Virus record (IMG/VR): IMGVR_UViG_3300031565_000011
Direction: 5' to 3' (one strand)
Source: an uncultured virus (IMG/VR IMGVR_UViG_3300031565_000011)
Lineage: Duplodnaviria; Heunggongvirae; Uroviricota; Caudoviricetes
DNA length: 64,000 nucleotides
The translations under genes and the position numbers were made by a program. Below the pieces are notes generated by a model. The model saw only the letters and a list, made by a program, of their open reading frames with translations. It did not search any database and was not told the DNA's origin. Shown here piece by piece: positions 46,385-55,572 of the stretch. Each line of letters opens with the position of its first letter. The first letter of the stretch is position 1.

Positions 46385-46924
46385 TTAGTAGTCTTCGTCT
46401 TCTTCGTCGTCTTCGGTCCAGCCCTCGTTGTCTTCCTCGGGCTCTTCCTCGACTACTTTCTTCTTCTTTTTCTTGCCCGACTTTTCCCCTTTCTTCTTTT
46501 TCTTCTTGGGTCTTTCTTCCTCCTCGCCGTCGTCGTCGGGTTCCGTCAGTTCCTCCTCTTCTTCTACTTCTTCTTCCACTGCCTTTTTCTTTTTCTTTTT
46601 CTTGTCCCCGGTGAGAACTTCGGTCGATCCCGGGAAAGACGTAGGAAGAGGAGTAGGCGGTTCGGTGCCGGAATAGCTCAGTGGCGTAACCCCGGTCGAC
46701 TTCGCCCCACCCAGGGGAGTCCCGCTCGCATCAGTTTCTTCGATATCGTTTTTCATCCTGAACATCTCGATATCGCAAGCCAGAGTGACCCGGGCAGGCT
46801 CCTTTTTTGAAAAGGAGTAATGGTGTCCGACCCGCCCGAAGCAAGCATAAGACGAAGCAGACTTCGGAATGAAAAAAGCCACTTGCTCTTCCTTCCCCCG
46901 CATTTCGCGATCCTGGTTCGCCAT
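46385..46924 (-). CDS. Hypothetical protein with K-block/E-block tail
   Basis: Short globular N-terminus followed by charge-block repeats. Confidence 0.7.
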   Translation of the reverse strand: MANQDREMRGKEEQVAFFIPKSASSYACFGRVGHHYSFSKKEPARVTLACDIEMFRMKNDIEETDASGTPLGGAKSTGVTPLSYSGTEPPTPLPTSFPGSTEVLTGDKKKKKKKAVEEEVEEEEELTEPDDDGEEEERPKKKKKKGEKSGKKKKKKVVEEEPEEDNEGWTEDDEEDEDY

Positions 46925-46954
46925 TTCCTTCCCCTTCAAATAGAAGATTCTTGC

Positions 46955-48067
46955 TTACCCCTTCACGAGTCCGATGGTCACTTCAGCGCCCGTACCGAGA
47001 ACCGCGACCTCGCCGGCGGTTCCAAGCACAGACCCTGCATTGCCAGCATCGGCCGCCAAGTGAGTGGCGGATTTCGCAGCATGCGTCTCGTAGGCGGCTT
47101 TCCACTCTGCGACCACGGCAATGATATCCTCGTACTCGGTCGCGGTGCCTGCGACGGCGGTGGTGTCCGCATCAAGGTGATCGTCAGTGCTTGTCCCGTG
47201 CGTGTTGATCGTCGCTTTCAGGCCGTTGATAAGAGCCACGACAGTCGCCTCGGTTGTCGCCGCAGCCGTAACGTTTGCCACGCCCGCAGTCGGGTGAACT
47301 CCCAGGTGAGCGATATGGGCGTTCAAGTCCGTTTGAAATTCGTTGGTTTCCAAATACAGCGCTGTAATTTGGATACCAGCGTTTGGACTCGTGATAGTAT
47401 TTGTCCCATCGGCCAGACCATGAACGGGACCCGTGGTCAGGATGATGTGCGCGTTGAACCCGGTGGTGTTCTTGATCTCGTTGATGAGCGTGACGACACT
47501 ATCCCAGTCCGTGGCGTTCGCCGCAACGATTGTGTTGGTAGTGTCGGCATTGGCGTGCTCGCCTCCGGCCGTCAGAATCCGATGCGCCTCGTACATCGCC
47601 TTCAAATCATTGACGAGCAGTACAGTCTCCGCTTCCGTTGTAGCCGGGCTGGTAGCTGTGATAACGTTCGTTGCATCCGCGGCCCCGTGAACGCCACCCG
47701 CCGTAAGGATTCGATGAGCCTCGTAATCCAGCACGGCCTCGTTCAGGATTGTGAGGATGTCGGCGACGGGGTCCGTTGCCACCGGAGATCCGATAGGATT
47801 GTCCACGTCCGCCGCCATGTGAACGCCCCCGGCTCCCCGGTGGGCGTTGTACTGACCAAGCCCGGCGTCCATGGCGGCCTGGATCGCTTTCTGTCTCACG
47901 TTGATGAGATCCAAGTTCGCTTGGATCGCTTTCTGCCTCACGTTGATCGCGGTGAAGTCGTCGGCGATCTGACGCAAGGCCTCGGTGAGGGTCGGAGACG
48001 GATGGTTATCTCTCGGGGCTAAACCGGCCCCACCATCGAGGAACAACTCCTCTATGATCGTGGTCAT
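46955..48067 (-). CDS. Putative capsid decoration/structural protein with His-containing repeats
   Basis: Directly after the capsid gene; repeats of YEAHR..GG.H..AD..N.I. Confidence 0.6.
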   Translation of the reverse strand: MTTIIEELFLDGGAGLAPRDNHPSPTLTEALRQIADDFTAINVRQKAIQANLDLINVRQKAIQAAMDAGLGQYNAHRGAGGVHMAADVDNPIGSPVATDPVADILTILNEAVLDYEAHRILTAGGVHGAADATNVITATSPATTEAETVLLVNDLKAMYEAHRILTAGGEHANADTTNTIVAANATDWDSVVTLINEIKNTTGFNAHIILTTGPVHGLADGTNTITSPNAGIQITALYLETNEFQTDLNAHIAHLGVHPTAGVANVTAAATTEATVVALINGLKATINTHGTSTDDHLDADTTAVAGTATEYEDIIAVVAEWKAAYETHAAKSATHLAADAGNAGSVLGTAGEVAVLGTGAEVTIGLVKG

Positions 48068-48124
48068 CTTAGTCTCTCCTATTTTAAGTTCCTGTTGACT
48101 TCCTGCTACTAGCCGGATTTACGA

Positions 48125-49411
48125 CTAGTAGGGCTGGCGCCGGACGTTGATACCCTTGACCACCTTGTCCAGCGATTCGACCTGGGTGTCGGTCTCGTTA
48201 ATCACGACGGTTTCCCACCGAGCATAGTCCTTCTCGAACTCGGTGTAGATCTCCGTCTTGTCCAGGTTGCCCCACAGGAAGTTGAGGGGATTGGCGAGCC
48301 AGACGATGGCTCCGTCGTTCAACGATCCTGCCGAACCGGCATCGGTTCCGACATAGGCCGCGACGGCGATCCCCACGGTGGCCCAGCCATTGCCCGCGCC
48401 GATCGTCAGGATCGCGCCCGAGCCCTTGGTCGGATGCTCGATGTAGAGATGGCCGAAGCCATCATCCTGGACGACAGTCGTTTCCAGTCCGACAGTTGCC
48501 CTGATGAAAGCCGCCACTTCGTGAGCCGACCAGACTCCCTGTGGAACGGTGACCGTCTTGGCGCCCGCCCCGAGATTGATAACCAGGGTGTCGTTCGTTC
48601 CGGTCACGAAATTCCAGGGACCCTGCGTGGTACCCATGATATGGCCGGCCACCGCAACCGTCACTGCCACCGGTTTCCTGGAAGGCATGAGTGGAATGGT
48701 GATGATCGGAATGCCGAAAGGCGCTTCGATATTCCCCTTGAAGGCGCGCTCTCCAATCTGGTCGATGCGCTGGGAGTTCAATTCCACCCAATCCACCTGG
48801 ATACTTCTCGGCATGAAAAACCGCAGACCCGGATCGTCCTGGTAGGAATCGGGCATACGTCGGATCATATTGGCGAAGAGCTGCTTGCTCACGAATCCGC
48901 CGTTTAGATCCACGATGTGCGATCCGTTGGTGAGTTTGTCGAGCCCGTCGTTGACCCGAAGCAGGTCGTTGATGGGCGTTCCTGCGCCGAGGAGCGTATC
49001 GCCGTTGATATGGAGATTCTCCAGGTCGGTTGCGATCTGCGCCAGCATCGCCTCGCTGACCTGCTGAACGATCCGTTCCTTCGAAACGTTCCTCCGAATG
49101 GCGCGTCTCGTAATGTGGAACCGGGAAGCGAGTTCCGCGGTATCCAGGGTGATCTGGTTGAAGAGCGGGGACCCGGTTTCGTTGATGATGGCGTTGTCCG
49201 CCAAACCGACCGTGATCGGTTCGCCGATATGGAGCTTGGGCACCTCGAGCCTGGGGTTTTCCATGATTTCCGTCCGGCAGAGCGGAATGAGTTTGGTGAA
49301 CTTGCGGACGTACATCAGGAAGACATCACGCTGTTGCGCGTTGAGAAGTCCGCCGTTGAGGAACGAACTTCCCGTAACCGCCTTGTGGATGAAAGCGTCA
49401 TTCCCGTTCAT
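48125..49411 (-). CDS. Major capsid protein (HK97 fold) with an inserted domain
   Basis: GGLLN.QQ...F, F.QI.L, I..DLE.L..NGD, DG..KL, FGIPI..P.MP and NP.N..WG. Confidence 0.88.
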   Translation of the reverse strand: MNGNDAFIHKAVTGSSFLNGGLLNAQQRDVFLMYVRKFTKLIPLCRTEIMENPRLEVPKLHIGEPITVGLADNAIINETGSPLFNQITLDTAELASRFHITRRAIRRNVSKERIVQQVSEAMLAQIATDLENLHINGDTLLGAGTPINDLLRVNDGLDKLTNGSHIVDLNGGFVSKQLFANMIRRMPDSYQDDPGLRFFMPRSIQVDWVELNSQRIDQIGERAFKGNIEAPFGIPIITIPLMPSRKPVAVTVAVAGHIMGTTQGPWNFVTGTNDTLVINLGAGAKTVTVPQGVWSAHEVAAFIRATVGLETTVVQDDGFGHLYIEHPTKGSGAILTIGAGNGWATVGIAVAAYVGTDAGSAGSLNDGAIVWLANPLNFLWGNLDKTEIYTEFEKDYARWETVVINETDTQVESLDKVVKGINVRRQPY

Positions 49412-49485
49412 TTCATTTCTCCTTCTCATTGAAAAACCGTTGAAGAAATACTACCTACTACTAGTATGGATTGATCCTTCCTTGA

Positions 49486-50391
49486 CTAGAAATCCTTGAC
49501 GGATTCGAACATCGAGACGAAGGGATTCGATTCCTCCGTCACCTTGGAATCCACGTCCTCCGAACCATAGGTCCGTTTGTAGTCCTCCTTCTTTCCGGTG
49601 GGAGGTTTGCCGGTGTCATCGCCCGTAAGCGCCTTTTCGATAGCCTCGACGCGGCTGACGACCTTTCCGAATTCTTCCTTGGCGGCATCCTGGAACATCT
49701 TGGTCAGCTCGACTCCCCTGGTATCGAGCATTTTCTTGACCTCTTCCTTGGTTTCTCCCAGGGATTTGGTCAGTTCCGCCCTGGTCTCCTTGCTGGCGTC
49801 ACTCTCGGCGTCCTTCTTGACGGGAGCGACATCGGAATCCGAGACCGGTGGGGGCGGAGGCGTAGCCGCCTTCTTCTCGAGTTCCTCGATTTTCACGCTC
49901 AACGCCTTCAGGTTGACGGTGAGATCCTCGATGGATTTCACGAGTTCTGCGTTCTCCAAGTCACGATCTCCTTTTCCGTCCGGGTCAAGGTCATTGTTCT
50001 TCTGCGCCGCCGATGGGTATTTCTGGAGGACGGATTCCAGTATCCCCATGATGGCACGAAACTCCGTGGCGATTTCCTTCGAAAGTTGGCTCCCCTCCTG
50101 TTTGTCGGTAGTCGGGTCGCCTTCTTCCCCTACACCCTGCATCTCTTCCATTTCAGAGGCAAGAGAAACAAGGCGCTCGATGGCCGGCTTAGCCATCTGG
50201 ATAACGGCCTTCAGGACGGAAGAAGAAACCACAGTCTTTCCATCTGGTCCCTCCATGCCCGGTCCCTGGCCCTGACCACCCATGGCTCCCTCCTTTCGTT
50301 TAACAAGAAGAAAGGTTCTCTTTATGGCGGCACGATCCACCAGAGAGACTTCCTTCGTCTTTACGTCCTTCAAATCGAATTCATAGGACAT
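49486..50391 (-). CDS. Capsid scaffolding protein
   Basis: EVSLVDR.A.KR.FL.VK N-terminus followed by a coiled coil; lies between protease and capsid genes. Confidence 0.7.
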   Translation of the reverse strand: MSYEFDLKDVKTKEVSLVDRAAIKRTFLLVKRKEGAMGGQGQGPGMEGPDGKTVVSSSVLKAVIQMAKPAIERLVSLASEMEEMQGVGEEGDPTTDKQEGSQLSKEIATEFRAIMGILESVLQKYPSAAQKNNDLDPDGKGDRDLENAELVKSIEDLTVNLKALSVKIEELEKKAATPPPPPVSDSDVAPVKKDAESDASKETRAELTKSLGETKEEVKKMLDTRGVELTKMFQDAAKEEFGKVVSRVEAIEKALTGDDTGKPPTGKKEDYKRTYGSEDVDSKVTEESNPFVSMFESVKDF

Positions 50392-50399
50392 GATTTACC

Positions 50400-51332
50400 T
50401 CACGATCTTCTGACTCTTGTTCCTACGCCCCCGATAGAAAACCCAGTTATTTCCCCCTTCTTTACTTCTTTCCAGACGCCGTCGTCAACAACTCTCACAG
50501 ACAACAACCAGGTTCCCTTCCTGACCTCTTGTCCACAAAAGTTAAAGGCAACTGGTGCAATATAAGATTCCATAATGTTAAACTTCTTTTTAAAGTCTTT
50601 ATGTTGGTAGCCAATAGTTTGTGCCTTTTCCATAAAGTAATGCGCTGCTTTAGCAATTTCTTCTTCTGAAATCATATCCCCTTGTGTATCTATTACGTTT
50701 GGCTCAAGAACTATGCCGTAAACTATTCTTTCGCCCTCATCCACTTTAATAATTGGAGTAGTGATACTTAATAACCCTTCGTCTATTGCACCGTCCTCTT
50801 GAATAGGTACCAAGTCTTCGGTTGCCTCATCAAGAATATGCTCCTGCATATCCTTTAATTCGTCTTCGTCCTCCTTTTCAATTTTGCTAATGGGCATAAT
50901 AGAAGCGTGTGCGATCCCACTATCATCCATGGCAGAAATGATCTCCGAATGATAGTGATAAATTGAATCACGCGAAAGCCCGAAAAGCTGTATCGAAATA
51001 TCATCCAGCTCACATATAGAATGTAAAGCCTTATGAACGCCAAGAATTTCCTTTTTTGTTTTCTTGACCGCCGGTTCAAACGTCATCGGGGTTATTTTAT
51101 TATCCTTTAGCCATTTCTTAGCATCAGCTTCTTTCCAGTCTTTCGTTGGAAAACGAAGCGCCTGAACCGCCCACGCGTTGGGAGGGCCTTCTTTTATATG
51201 CCCCCATATAATGCCAATCGTCTTCGGGACCTCCAACTTGCCCCCGAAGATTTTACCGCCAGAAATCCTTCTAAAACGGTCAAACCGCTTTGGGTCCTGA
51301 AGCCTGGCAGCGTGTTCGTTTGGGAAAGGCAT
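50400..51332 (-). CDS. XkdF-like prohead serine protease
   Basis: RIVYG.VLEP..D.QGD...EEI.KAAH.F, ESYIAP, KGTW and GEITGFSIGG. Confidence 0.88.
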   Translation of the reverse strand: MPFPNEHAARLQDPKRFDRFRRISGGKIFGGKLEVPKTIGIIWGHIKEGPPNAWAVQALRFPTKDWKEADAKKWLKDNKITPMTFEPAVKKTKKEILGVHKALHSICELDDISIQLFGLSRDSIYHYHSEIISAMDDSGIAHASIMPISKIEKEDEDELKDMQEHILDEATEDLVPIQEDGAIDEGLLSITTPIIKVDEGERIVYGIVLEPNVIDTQGDMISEEEIAKAAHYFMEKAQTIGYQHKDFKKKFNIMESYIAPVAFNFCGQEVRKGTWLLSVRVVDDGVWKEVKKGEITGFSIGGVGTRVRRS

Positions 51333-51377
51333 TACTTTATCCCTCCTCGTTATTCAAGCATTCTTTCCTGATGTTTG

Positions 51378-51692
51378 CTATTTTCCCTGTTTGGCGTTCT
51401 TTGCAGCGAGCTTAAGTTCTTTGTCAGTGAAGTTCAAGCGATGTTTGTGCTGGTCCTGAACGTCGGTGAATCCGAGCACGTCTCCCTCTGTGACCGACTG
51501 ATCCACCTTATGGACATGTCCGTTCACCCGCTCGGAATTTCCGACGATTTTCCCATTACGAAGGGTGAGCGAAACCCGATGCTGGTGCCCCGCCATGATT
51601 CCACTCAAGAATTCCACTCGGTGTGTTTTCTTCTCGACCCTATCGTTGACCTCGTCATGAAGAGCGCTCAACCTTTTCTCAATCCGTTCCAT
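51378..51692 (-). CDS. Small protein with three HxH motifs
   Basis: GHQH, GHVH and QHKH. Confidence 0.6.
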   Translation of the reverse strand: MERIEKRLSALHDEVNDRVEKKTHRVEFLSGIMAGHQHRVSLTLRNGKIVGNSERVNGHVHKVDQSVTEGDVLGFTDVQDQHKHRLNFTDKELKLAAKNAKQGK

Positions 51693-51984
51693 GATTTCCT
51701 CCTATAATTCCAAGAATCTCTGCCTCTTCTTTTACTAATGTTTTTATTTCTTTTGTAACCTCTCTCATATTTTTTATAGTTTCAATAAACCCTTCTTTAT
51801 ATATTGCAAAGAAAACCGCCTCCTCGAATGTACCATCATCGAAAGATTCCAAATTTAATTTCAAAAGAATTTCCCCATCGGTTTTCCCACCCTTATAATC
51901 GCCGCCAGTACGAGTCACGACCCCATCTCGCGCCCATTTTGAAATTTTTTCTCTTAGTATCATTTTGCCCTCGGTTTTTCCCAA
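51679..51984 (-). CDS. Hypothetical protein (candidate partner of the MuF C-terminal domain)
   Basis: Overlaps the MuF stop; AT-rich like the MuF tip. Confidence 0.55.
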   Translation of the reverse strand: MGKTEGKMILREKISKWARDGVVTRTGGDYKGGKTDGEILLKLNLESFDDGTFEEAVFFAIYKEGFIETIKNMREVTKEIKTLVKEEAEILGIIGGNHGTD

Positions 51985-54002
51985 CCTTCAATCTTTGAAA
52001 GGTTCTGTTTAAACCATTTCAAAGTTCCAGGGGCTTTATATCTAAGCATTTCTGGATCAGCATAAAAATAACCGAAAGACTCTGCAAAATGTTCATCTAC
52101 ATTGGTTTTAGCATAATTGGAAACAAAGGCTCCTTTTGTACTTCTAATTTTTGCATCATAATCTCTCCATTTTTTCCAAATGCCTTTCGGCAATGTTCTT
52201 ATTTCGTGTAAACAGCCACCATGAGTATGATGAGCAACTTCATGTGACAATGTAATTTTTATATCGTTCCAAGAAATAGTCCGCCCATCCACGGGGGATT
52301 TTCTTGCCAACGAAATACTTTTGTTAATATAAAAACCAACTGCCTTGGAGCCAGCATCCGGAATTGTTTCTTCATATAATGTGATATTATTAAGACCTTT
52401 TAACGCCACAGATGGGACCTTCTTGCGTAAAATATTAGTAATTCGTTCAAGGTCCTTCCCCGCTAAAGGGGATATGTTCCCTTTTTTATCAATAAATCTA
52501 ATTGATTTTCCATTTAATAAACGATCAACTTCTGTATTTATTATTTGTTTCGCGCCTTTCGTTTCGGCTGCTACTTTCACTAATTCCAATGTTCCAGTTT
52601 CCGGGATATTAGAAGGAATAATAGCTGGAATTTTATCAATAAGCAACCGAGTAGGAGTTAAAATTCCAGTTGTTTCTTTCCCACTTACCGCAACATCATC
52701 TGTCATTATTCTAAGATTGCCATCTTTATCTGCCCTTATATTTTTAATCGTTGATTTTGTTCCAGTTCCGGGATCTAAATAAGGCTGGCCTATCGCAATA
52801 TTATTGGAAGCAATATTTTCCGTCCACTCCTGGGTTTTAATATCGTCTTCATTAACTACTGTAGTGGTTCGGCAATTCGCATGATAAGGCGGGAGCACTG
52901 GGGCGTTCATATCGCCGGATGCTAAATCCTGGACATCTCTTGAAGCCCGTTCATCTTTGGTACCAAGAGATTTACCATCCTTGCCAAACCTGCTATCGGG
53001 TAGGTAAACTGGATTTCCCTTGGCATTCTTAATATACAAAGCATCTCGTCCTTCCGATGCCTTCATCTGGTCAAAATAAACCCAGGGACGTAATGCCTTG
53101 AAAGCATTTGTTTCCGCATCGGTTCCAGGAATTCCAGCTTGTGTTATATCCTTTACTATTTTTCTGGCTATCTCGACATCGAATATCATGCCGTCCATAT
53201 GCTCACAAATTTCCGTGGTCCTTTCATCCAGGACTGCAAATATCTCATATCGTCTTACCCTTGCCTCTACATATGCATTTACCTGGGCAAATTGTCGCGA
53301 CCTGTTTAAGACATCATTGGCAAGAATCCGATAATATACGTCCGAACGTATCGGCATTTTTTCTATTAGGGTATCGCGAATACTCTTATCAAGGGCCGAC
53401 CTGACAAGTCCGCTCTTGACGTGATCCGCAACTATTTGATTTATTTGTCCGATCAGCAGTTTATCAGGCATTCCAGAAATAAAGAAGTTGTTTTGATTAT
53501 TTAGTACATTTATTACCGCCTTATCAATCTTTGTCATGCCGCTCTTAATTGCTCGATTATATTGTTTGAGACTATCAGCCATTACTTGCCGAGTAGCCTT
53601 CCACTGGGTTTCGACTATGCTTTGAATATTCTTGCTTACATCCTTGGCGACTGCTGGACCGTATAAAGTCGAAAGGGCCCCTTCCAGTTTCTTTACTTCG
53701 GACGTCTTAAATGAATAATCTCCAGGCGATCCGGTCACCCCTTTATTTACGAATTGCGTGACTGCTGTTTTGGTCCCTTTCCCTTTTACTTGCGAAGCCA
53801 GGCTATTACGCAAGTCTTGGAATATCTGAAGTTCCCGTTTTGTCGGATCATCTGGAAATCTAGTTCCCTGCTTTTTAATTGACGGGTCAAGCAAAGCAAG
53901 GGTCGACTCGACCAGTTCCCGACAAATCAACAATTGTTGAATCGGAACCCGAGCGAGTATATCAGTATTGAGCAACGCGATATTACTAGAGTTCAATATC
54001 AT
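51960..54002 (-). CDS. MuF (SPP1 gp7-like) minor head protein with C-terminal zincin metallopeptidase-like domain
   Basis: AVLDERTT.IC..MDG..F and PPYHANCRT (MuF); HEVAH...SNYA.TN..E.FAESF (zincin). The start is uncertain. Confidence 0.85.
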   Translation of the reverse strand: MILNSSNIALLNTDILARVPIQQLLICRELVESTLALLDPSIKKQGTRFPDDPTKRELQIFQDLRNSLASQVKGKGTKTAVTQFVNKGVTGSPGDYSFKTSEVKKLEGALSTLYGPAVAKDVSKNIQSIVETQWKATRQVMADSLKQYNRAIKSGMTKIDKAVINVLNNQNNFFISGMPDKLLIGQINQIVADHVKSGLVRSALDKSIRDTLIEKMPIRSDVYYRILANDVLNRSRQFAQVNAYVEARVRRYEIFAVLDERTTEICEHMDGMIFDVEIARKIVKDITQAGIPGTDAETNAFKALRPWVYFDQMKASEGRDALYIKNAKGNPVYLPDSRFGKDGKSLGTKDERASRDVQDLASGDMNAPVLPPYHANCRTTTVVNEDDIKTQEWTENIASNNIAIGQPYLDPGTGTKSTIKNIRADKDGNLRIMTDDVAVSGKETTGILTPTRLLIDKIPAIIPSNIPETGTLELVKVAAETKGAKQIINTEVDRLLNGKSIRFIDKKGNISPLAGKDLERITNILRKKVPSVALKGLNNITLYEETIPDAGSKAVGFYINKSISLARKSPVDGRTISWNDIKITLSHEVAHHTHGGCLHEIRTLPKGIWKKWRDYDAKIRSTKGAFVSNYAKTNVDEHFAESFGYFYADPEMLRYKAPGTLKWFKQNLSKIEGWEKPRAK

Positions 54003-55572
54003 CCAGTTGCTCGTCCTTCCTGGAATCAAGCGACTTCTCGATCATTTTGTTGAGATTCAAGAGCCCGGAAACCAGGGACGATCCTTCTGCCCTTCCCTCC
54101 GGAACCTTTAACTGCTGAAGTGCGAGCGGTAGTGGATAATCGCCCCACGCTTCCTTGAACCTGGGCAACTTCAAAAAGTCCCGTATATCATTCGGAGTAA
54201 TCCCTCCGGTCCTTTGAAGCCTTGAGAAAACCATCGCTTCGCCTTCGTAGTCGATCGTCCTCGGCCTAATCAAAGAAAGCCAAATATACTTTATACCGTA
54301 TGCCTTCATGATGGTGTTGTTGAGGATATATTCTACATCATTTATATCTGGTCCGAAGACCTGCTCTAGCGTAATCGAGCGACCGGTATTGGCTGATGCT
54401 CTGCTCGCGTCTTTCTCAAAGAAAACGGGATGCAGGTTGAACGATTCGGAAATATCTCGTGAACCCTTTTCCTGATAATTAAGAAAACTACCATCTTCAT
54501 TAACACCGATTGTCAGCTTTTCTATTGTGATTTTTACATCTTCTTTTTCAGCGAATGAACCTTCGCGCTTGCCAGCCTGTAAGATCATAACCCGGCCGGT
54601 ATTGTCTGGTCCTTTCCCTTTCTTCTCAACGAACTGTCGAATGTCGTCACGACTTTCCTTTGAGAGCCTCGCCGGTCCGCTCACAATAATAGCGATCCTG
54701 GGCGTGGCGTCATTCTCAAAGAAGGTCGCGTTTCGCTCTGCTGCAAACCGGCTTCCCGCAATGGCTGGCCCGCACGAGAGATGCCTCGGAATTCCGTATG
54801 GCGAATCGCGAAATCCTTCAACTCGAAAATGAATTACCTTTAACGCATGCTTCTCCGGAGGAAGAACCTCACCGTTGATATTAGGCCTTCCGGTTTCTTT
54901 ATTTATAACCCTATCATCTTCCCAGTCTTTATAATACGTGGCTTTGCCGGCGCGATCATCAACAACAAACATTCCTTGTTTGGTAATCCTGACATTATGA
55001 CCAACTAACCTATCAAGTCTAACCGGCCATCCCTGTTGTACGTCATTGGCCTCTGAAGTGACCAAGGCAGTCTTGACGGTCATGTAGCCGTTTCCGACTG
55101 CCTCGCGATCAGCGATGACCTGTCTTAATATATTCACGAACGACTTCTTTGGGTTTGGCGATTCAAGGAAGTCGTCGACCCTATCCTTTTCCTCCTCGAT
55201 TAGTTTAGTTAATGTATCCGCTTCCTTTCTCTCAGCCTCGGTCATTTCCTTTCTTGACCCGGCGAGCTTCCTGGCATATTTAGGTTTAGGAACCAGGGCC
55301 CATCCAAGTCCGGCCACGTTGACTGATCTTATATAAATACATGCGCCCAGTCGAGTAGATATCTCCGGAGCAAGCGCCCACTCATCAATAGCAAACGGAG
55401 GTTGAACTACCTCTGTCCCACCTATCATGGCGGAGGTAGATATAGACGTTGAAGTCGAGACACCGAAATCGAAACCGGCTTTGCGCAGTTTCTTTTTAAT
55501 CGGGGTATCGATGATTACTTCGAGAAAGGACGAGTCCCCTTCTCCTTTGGCGGTTCGCTCTTTTTTACTCAT
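53986..55572 (-). CDS. Portal protein
   Basis: D.EA.GNGY, IHF, YG.P, N..FFEN.A.P and G.ITPN..R. Confidence 0.9.
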   Translation of the reverse strand: MSKKERTAKGEGDSSFLEVIIDTPIKKKLRKAGFDFGVSTSTSISTSAMIGGTEVVQPPFAIDEWALAPEISTRLGACIYIRSVNVAGLGWALVPKPKYARKLAGSRKEMTEAERKEADTLTKLIEEEKDRVDDFLESPNPKKSFVNILRQVIADREAVGNGYMTVKTALVTSEANDVQQGWPVRLDRLVGHNVRITKQGMFVVDDRAGKATYYKDWEDDRVINKETGRPNINGEVLPPEKHALKVIHFRVEGFRDSPYGIPRHLSCGPAIAGSRFAAERNATFFENDATPRIAIIVSGPARLSKESRDDIRQFVEKKGKGPDNTGRVMILQAGKREGSFAEKEDVKITIEKLTIGVNEDGSFLNYQEKGSRDISESFNLHPVFFEKDASRASANTGRSITLEQVFGPDINDVEYILNNTIMKAYGIKYIWLSLIRPRTIDYEGEAMVFSRLQRTGGITPNDIRDFLKLPRFKEAWGDYPLPLALQQLKVPEGRAEGSSLVSGLLNLNKMIEKSLDSRKDEQLDDIEL

